Origin: a bacterium
Lineage (GTDB): Bacteria; Spirochaetota; JAHITG01
Direction of reading: 5' to 3'
DNA: 47,723 nt
NCBI GenBank assembly: GCA_028711675.1
Contig: JAQTRT010000001.1
Coordinates: forward strand, 1 to 47,723
This document shows, in pieces, positions 43,632 through 47,723 of the stretch. Numbering within the stretch: the first letter of the stretch is position 1; each line of letters begins with the position of its first letter. Below the pieces are notes generated by a model. It did no database searches. It saw nothing but the letters and a program-made list of their open reading frames with translations, and was not told the DNA's origin. Position numbers and translations under genes: made by a program.

Positions 43632-46600
43632 ATGAAAGGCGTATTTACTTTTATAGCACGAACTTTCCTTTTGTTCTTGATAAGTGTGTTTATTATAGGA
43701 AATCTTGCCTGGCCGGCTTCGCTATATTTTCAAGAAACCTTTGATGATGTTAACAGCGTGAATGCCAGATGGTCAACTAATTTTCATTACGGCCGGAGCG
43801 GGGTTTTCTTTCCGCCGCTGGCCGGTGAAAGCGGACAGCCAGCCCGGACAAGTAAATTCGCTGTTATCAATAATCAGGCCTGTTTCACAGGCGCAGTCCA
43901 GTCCCACTGGGAGTATAATAACCTGACGGATGACTGGTATACGACTTACTGGTGCGGGAATGCCATCAAGCTTACCAATGCATCCGGGTCTCAGACGTTC
44001 ACGGCTTCAGGGACAGATCCGTTCGGCTTCGAGGTGATCCGGACATGGGCCAGGCTGGACCCCTGTAATGAAGATTATTCCACAAGCCCCATGTATGATG
44101 ATAACCAGTCCGGTGCGGTAGAAGGGAATATCTGGCTGGCCGTGGATAACGGTATATCCGGGACCGTGGAATACCAGAATTTTGATGATTCAGTCTGCAT
44201 GTATGAGATGTACCGGTACGGCGTGAACACCAATAATTTCCTGGGCGGTTTTCGCAGCCAGTGGGGATATTATATTTTTGCCCAGAACCGTTTCGATCTT
44301 CAGAATGTCCCTTATTCCAAAGGCACACTGGACCTGGTTAATAACGTCACTTACGGACTGGAGAAGAATTATGAGAACGAGTGGGCCGGGAACATCAATA
44401 CCGATTGTTCCAATGCCAATCCTGTGGGGCTGAAAATCACGCATGACGGCAGTAAATTAAGGTTCTATATCAATCCCAATCCGTATCATGACGTTTCCAA
44501 TCCTTATCCCAATGAGTATTGTCTTGTGGGTCAGGTTGCTGTGGGGTGGAACTCGGGTATGAGGATCATGCTGGGTCACGGGTCCCATTACCATGCCACG
44601 GACCTGGAGGATGTACGGTACGACAACCTCCTTATCCGGACCGTAGCGGATACAGTTACCTCCGAAATCTATCCTGCGAAAGTGACGACCAATAAAAAGA
44701 TCGATTTCACCTATATCATCAAACCTTCTTTCAGGATGACAGATTCCGGCATCGCTGAACTGAAGATCGTCAAGCCCTCTTCCTATGCAGGTTCATGGAG
44801 CAATGTTCAGGTTTTTTCGGAATGGGGGGATTCTGTTAATGATAATAACATATCACGCATGTCCAATATTTTTTCCGGTTCACCTGCACTGCAGAACGAG
44901 GTCCTGGTCGTTACCAATCATTCTGAATTGCAGTTAAGGTTCTGCCAGGTCTCAGATTCAGTGCACAGTGTAATACGGAGCAATACTCTCAACAAGCAGA
45001 TCGAAGTGCGATTCACCTTAAAAACGCCGACCACTTCTTCTCCTGTGGGCGAAAGTTTTACCGCCTATGCCAACTGCATTAAATACAGTAATACGGGGTA
45101 TACCACAAACAGTACGACTGCCGACAAACAGTTCATTTCCGGTGACGCGTCTTATACCTGTTACAGTGCACCCGCAATACGGCCGGATTTCAATTCCAGT
45201 ACGGTCAAGGTTTATACGGAACCGGCTGCCTGGAGCGGGATAACGCCCAGTCAGGTATATGTGGGATCATCTGATTTTGATTTTTTATATAATATCGTAA
45301 CCAGTACCACTAATACGGGTCCGGAGATCAGCCGGGCTTTTATTACAATACCGCCGGGTTTTAGTATCAGCAATATCTCCTCGCTCAGGATATCTTCCCC
45401 CAGTTATATCAAGGTCACCAATATCGACAGCACCAACAGGATCTATTTGAACTACAAAGGTGCCGGTGTGGAGATACCGGCTAAAGGCGGTATTGATAAC
45501 ATAGGCATAAAGATCAAATCCACACCTGTCATCGGTATCTATAAGTGGAAATCCGTTGTGGAATGCGATGTCCAGGGCACCTCCGGCCAGCTGACTAGAA
45601 CCAACGGGATCTATAAAGATCAATCTGTGTCGGTCATCCCGCCGTCACCCAATGTGACGGCTTATGAATCCATGATTGATGATAAGGTATACAGTACAGT
45701 TACCGCGAATATATATAATTACTATCTTTTGAACAACGGAGCGCCTGAGAATAAAGTAAAACTCGTGCGTATCGAGCTCCCTTCTCTGTTTTCCCGCGTG
45801 ACCAATATGAGCAGTATGATCGTTCCCTCCAGCCGGATCAAGTTCTCCAACAGCTCGCTTTGGGTTGATTATAATGGAGCCGGGACCAATATCACGGGCG
45901 GCGAGTATGACTGCATTACCTTTACGGCTGTTGACAAGGTGTCCCCCATTACTGTGACAAATGCTTCCCTCCTTTCTTATGCGGATAATTTTAACGGAGA
46001 AGGGTATAAGGCCTGCAAGGAAGGGGCGCAGACATGGGATATTTCCTTTGTCCTTCCGCCGGCCCAGGCTCAAGCATCCATCAAGACCAACGTTATTGAT
46101 GCGGTTTATACGACCAACCAATTCATCTTCAAACTGTATAATAACGGTTCAATGAGCAATGAGGTTTACCAGGCCAGGATACTGGTCCCCGGTATTTTCA
46201 CCAATATCAACAGTATCAACAGCTTGAAAACACCGCTCATTTCATTCACCAACCGCGTTATATATCTGAATTATCAGCCGGCCAAGCTGAAACCCGGAGA
46301 ACTGGACATCATTACCTTTAAAATGAAGACCAGGATCCTGTATCAGACCAATGTTGAGGTCTGGTCCCTTGTGTGCAATTCACCCTCTACCAATTATTAT
46401 CAATATACCGGCATCTTCGGGACAGAATCCAGGGTGATTTCCACGGTTTACCCGAGTGCAAAGGGAGAAGCGTATGTTGAACTGGAAGGGGAGAGTACGC
46501 CGCCCATCATCATTGATGCGAGTACAGAGACCAATTCCTTGGTTTATTATATTAAAAATTCAGGTGAATCGGGAAACGATATCAGCTTGGCCCGTATCTA

Positions 46601-47723
46601 TTTTCCCCAGACCGTTATCTCCAATGTTTTTAATTTTCAGAGTACTAATATTCTTCAAGACACCCTGAACATCAACTGGCTGAACGACGGGCCGGGATAT
46701 CGTTACCTTGTGCTGGATTACGGGCTTGACGGGCATCCTTTACAGGCAGGTGATACGGATATCATCTCATTCCGTATGCGTGATAAAATAACCGGGTTCG
46801 CAAGCTTTGTCATGTTCTCGACCATTAGCAATATCAAGGAAATAAGGACCAATTCCAACACGACTGGAAAAACCCAGCAGGTCCATATCCGTATTCCACC
46901 GGCCCTGGCAGCAGGGAATATCCTTCCCAATATCCTATATACGTCAGGCCAGACGGTGACCAATGTATTTGTATATACGGTCTCCAATAAAGGCCGGGGA
47001 AGCAATAAGATCCAGCGGATCTTTATCACGAATCAGTCGGCTCTTGCCTTACCAATGTTGAAAGTAAGCAATACATATTTCAGCGGAAGTACGGGCGTCA
47101 CCAACAGGGGAAATTCTGTTCTGATCAGTTATGCTGCGGCCGGATGGCCTTTACAGGCAAACAGTGTGGACAGGATCTATCTGACCGTGAGGAGCAGCAT
47201 CACCAGCATCACCAACGCGCGTATCGAACTGAAGGCGGATAATTATGACGGCAACCAGTTCGTGGATACATCCACTGTTTCCAACAACTCCAAGTATATT
47301 TATTTAACGGATCAGCCGCGCACCATTCTTGAACCTTCCCAGATATATACAACCTCTACGCAGAACAGTTTCGTTTATACCCTTATCAACGGAGGGACTA
47401 TGGGCCGTGTCTTGAAAAAAGCGCGGATCATATTACCAACGCCTGTTTTTATAACGAACGGTATTTCGTTCGACAGCTTTAAATGGGGAGGGGCGGTTGA
47501 AAGCAGGTCAAACAATTTCCTGGTGATAACCTATCCCGTGCCGCTGGACGCGGGCCAGTCCGACAAGATCAGTATCAATGCAAGGGATGTTTTGACAGAG
47601 GGCCAAACCAACGTTATCTGGGATGCGGAAGTGGATTATGGGGATGGTTTTGGATGGAGAAAGACCCGTCCTCTGGTGGATGGTACCAATGCCGTTCAGA
47701 TCGTCCTTCCGCCTGCCCAAGCC
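43632..47723 (+). CDS. Very large secreted/surface repeat protein (partial, 1364 codons open to the right window edge; absent from ORF track)
   Basis: The ATG at 43632 follows GGAGAG, and by my reading the frame has no stop through 47723 (an exact codon boundary). The N-terminal hydrophobic segment is FIARTFLLFLISVFIIGNLAWPA. A ~330-aa lectin/LamG-like head (LKITHDGSKLRFYINPNP) is followed by tandem ~140-aa modules. All minus-strand track ORFs in this span are short shadows. Confidence 0.8.
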   Translation, partial: MKGVFTFIARTFLLFLISVFIIGNLAWPASLYFQETFDDVNSVNARWSTNFHYGRSGVFFPPLAGESGQPARTSKFAVINNQACFTGAVQSHWEYNNLTDDWYTTYWCGNAIKLTNASGSQTFTASGTDPFGFEVIRTWARLDPCNEDYSTSPMYDDNQSGAVEGNIWLAVDNGISGTVEYQNFDDSVCMYEMYRYGVNTNNFLGGFRSQWGYYIFAQNRFDLQNVPYSKGTLDLVNNVTYGLEKNYENEWAGNINTDCSNANPVGLKITHDGSKLRFYINPNPYHDVSNPYPNEYCLVGQVAVGWNSGMRIMLGHGSHYHATDLEDVRYDNLLIRTVADTVTSEIYPAKVTTNKKIDFTYIIKPSFRMTDSGIAELKIVKPSSYAGSWSNVQVFSEWGDSVNDNNISRMSNIFSGSPALQNEVLVVTNHSELQLRFCQVSDSVHSVIRSNTLNKQIEVRFTLKTPTTSSPVGESFTAYANCIKYSNTGYTTNSTTADKQFISGDASYTCYSAPAIRPDFNSSTVKVYTEPAAWSGITPSQVYVGSSDFDFLYNIVTSTTNTGPEISRAFITIPPGFSISNISSLRISSPSYIKVTNIDSTNRIYLNYKGAGVEIPAKGGIDNIGIKIKSTPVIGIYKWKSVVECDVQGTSGQLTRTNGIYKDQSVSVIPPSPNVTAYESMIDDKVYSTVTANIYNYYLLNNGAPENKVKLVRIELPSLFSRVTNMSSMIVPSSRIKFSNSSLWVDYNGAGTNITGGEYDCITFTAVDKVSPITVTNASLLSYADNFNGEGYKACKEGAQTWDISFVLPPAQAQASIKTNVIDAVYTTNQFIFKLYNNGSMSNEVYQARILVPGIFTNINSINSLKTPLISFTNRVIYLNYQPAKLKPGELDIITFKMKTRILYQTNVEVWSLVCNSPSTNYYQYTGIFGTESRVISTVYPSAKGEAYVELEGESTPPIIIDASTETNSLVYYIKNSGESGNDISLARIYFPQTVISNVFNFQSTNILQDTLNINWLNDGPGYRYLVLDYGLDGHPLQAGDTDIISFRMRDKITGFASFVMFSTISNIKEIRTNSNTTGKTQQVHIRIPPALAAGNILPNILYTSGQTVTNVFVYTVSNKGRGSNKIQRIFITNQSALALPMLKVSNTYFSGSTGVTNRGNSVLISYAAAGWPLQANSVDRIYLTVRSSITSITNARIELKADNYDGNQFVDTSTVSNNSKYIYLTDQPRTILEPSQIYTTSTQNSFVYTLINGGTMGRVLKKARIILPTPVFITNGISFDSFKWGGAVESRSNNFLVITYPVPLDAGQSDKISINARDVLTEGQTNVIWDAEVDYGDGFGWRKTRPLVDGTNAVQIVLPPAQA
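44640..47723 (+). repeat. Tandem array of at least 7 divergent protein-domain modules inside the giant CDS
   Basis: Module starts lie at about 44640, 45210, 45633, 46050, 46446, 46881, 47301 and 47700 (period 396-435 nt after the first). Each has a Pro-rich linker and then a core such as YNYYLLNNGAPENKVKLVRIELPSLF, FIFKLYNNGSMSNEVYQARILVPGIF, LVYYIKNSGESGNDISLARIYFPQTV or FVYTLINGGTMGRVLKKARIILPTPVF. Confidence 0.6.

Noticed and set aside
43999-47720. Series of minus-strand ORFs (43999-44328, 44190-44444, 45285-45623, 45645-46121, 46718-47029, 47508-47720) and small plus-strand ORFs in other frames.
   Set aside because: All overlap the single uninterrupted plus-strand frame beginning at 43632, which has a signal segment and a clear modular repeat structure. 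The listed ORFs have no features of real proteins.
1-47723. Apparent GC-content heterogeneity. Hand counts of single 60-nt lines ranged from about 30% (yidC region) to about 58% (GH144-like gene), which could suggest horizontal transfer or a chimeric assembly.
   Set aside because: The spot counts vary from gene to gene rather than showing a clean boundary. For example, the polyprenyl synthase line is ~47% and lies inside the AT-rich left block. I cannot compute a proper sliding window here, so this needs GC and tetranucleotide profiling before any claim.

Overview
47.7-kb chromosomal segment around the replication origin of a diderm bacterium (it encodes LPS heptosyltransferases, lipoproteins and beta-barrel proteins); the lineage cannot be assigned from sequence alone. 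All product names come from motif recognition by eye, with no database search. The left third is a core block on the minus strand: rpmH-yidD-yidC (yidC cut by the window edge), a hydrolase/DUF89/radical-SAM operon, tRNA-Lys, and dnaA-dnaN-recF-DUF721. Consensus DnaA boxes lie in both intergenic regions flanking dnaA. Next come dnaE, an envelope/polyamine-like operon, an NHL propeller gene, a clostripain-like (C11) lipoprotein operon, rplM-rpsI-recX-fliS, an RpoH-like sigma factor, a large glucoamylase/GH144-like secreted enzyme, a class III adenylate cyclase, a tightly coupled five-gene cassette (mini FtsX, ABC ATPase, metallophosphoesterase, ParB/Srx-like protein, Ogt), an aminotransferase, folK-panB-panC, a second heptosyltransferase and tRNA-Leu. 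The window ends in a secreted protein of more than 1364 aa built from tandem ~140-aa modules. That protein and yidC are both missing from the supplied ORF track because they run off the window. I saw no CRISPR array, transposase, integrase, reverse transcriptase or recognisable defence hallmark, so most of the window is ordinary core genome. The candidates most worth a second look are the giant repeat protein, the five-gene cassette (including an internal signal-peptide-like segment in its ParB-like ORF), the absence of rnpA from the rpmH operon, two hydrolase/NPA-motif barrel gene pairs, and several apparently leaderless promoters.
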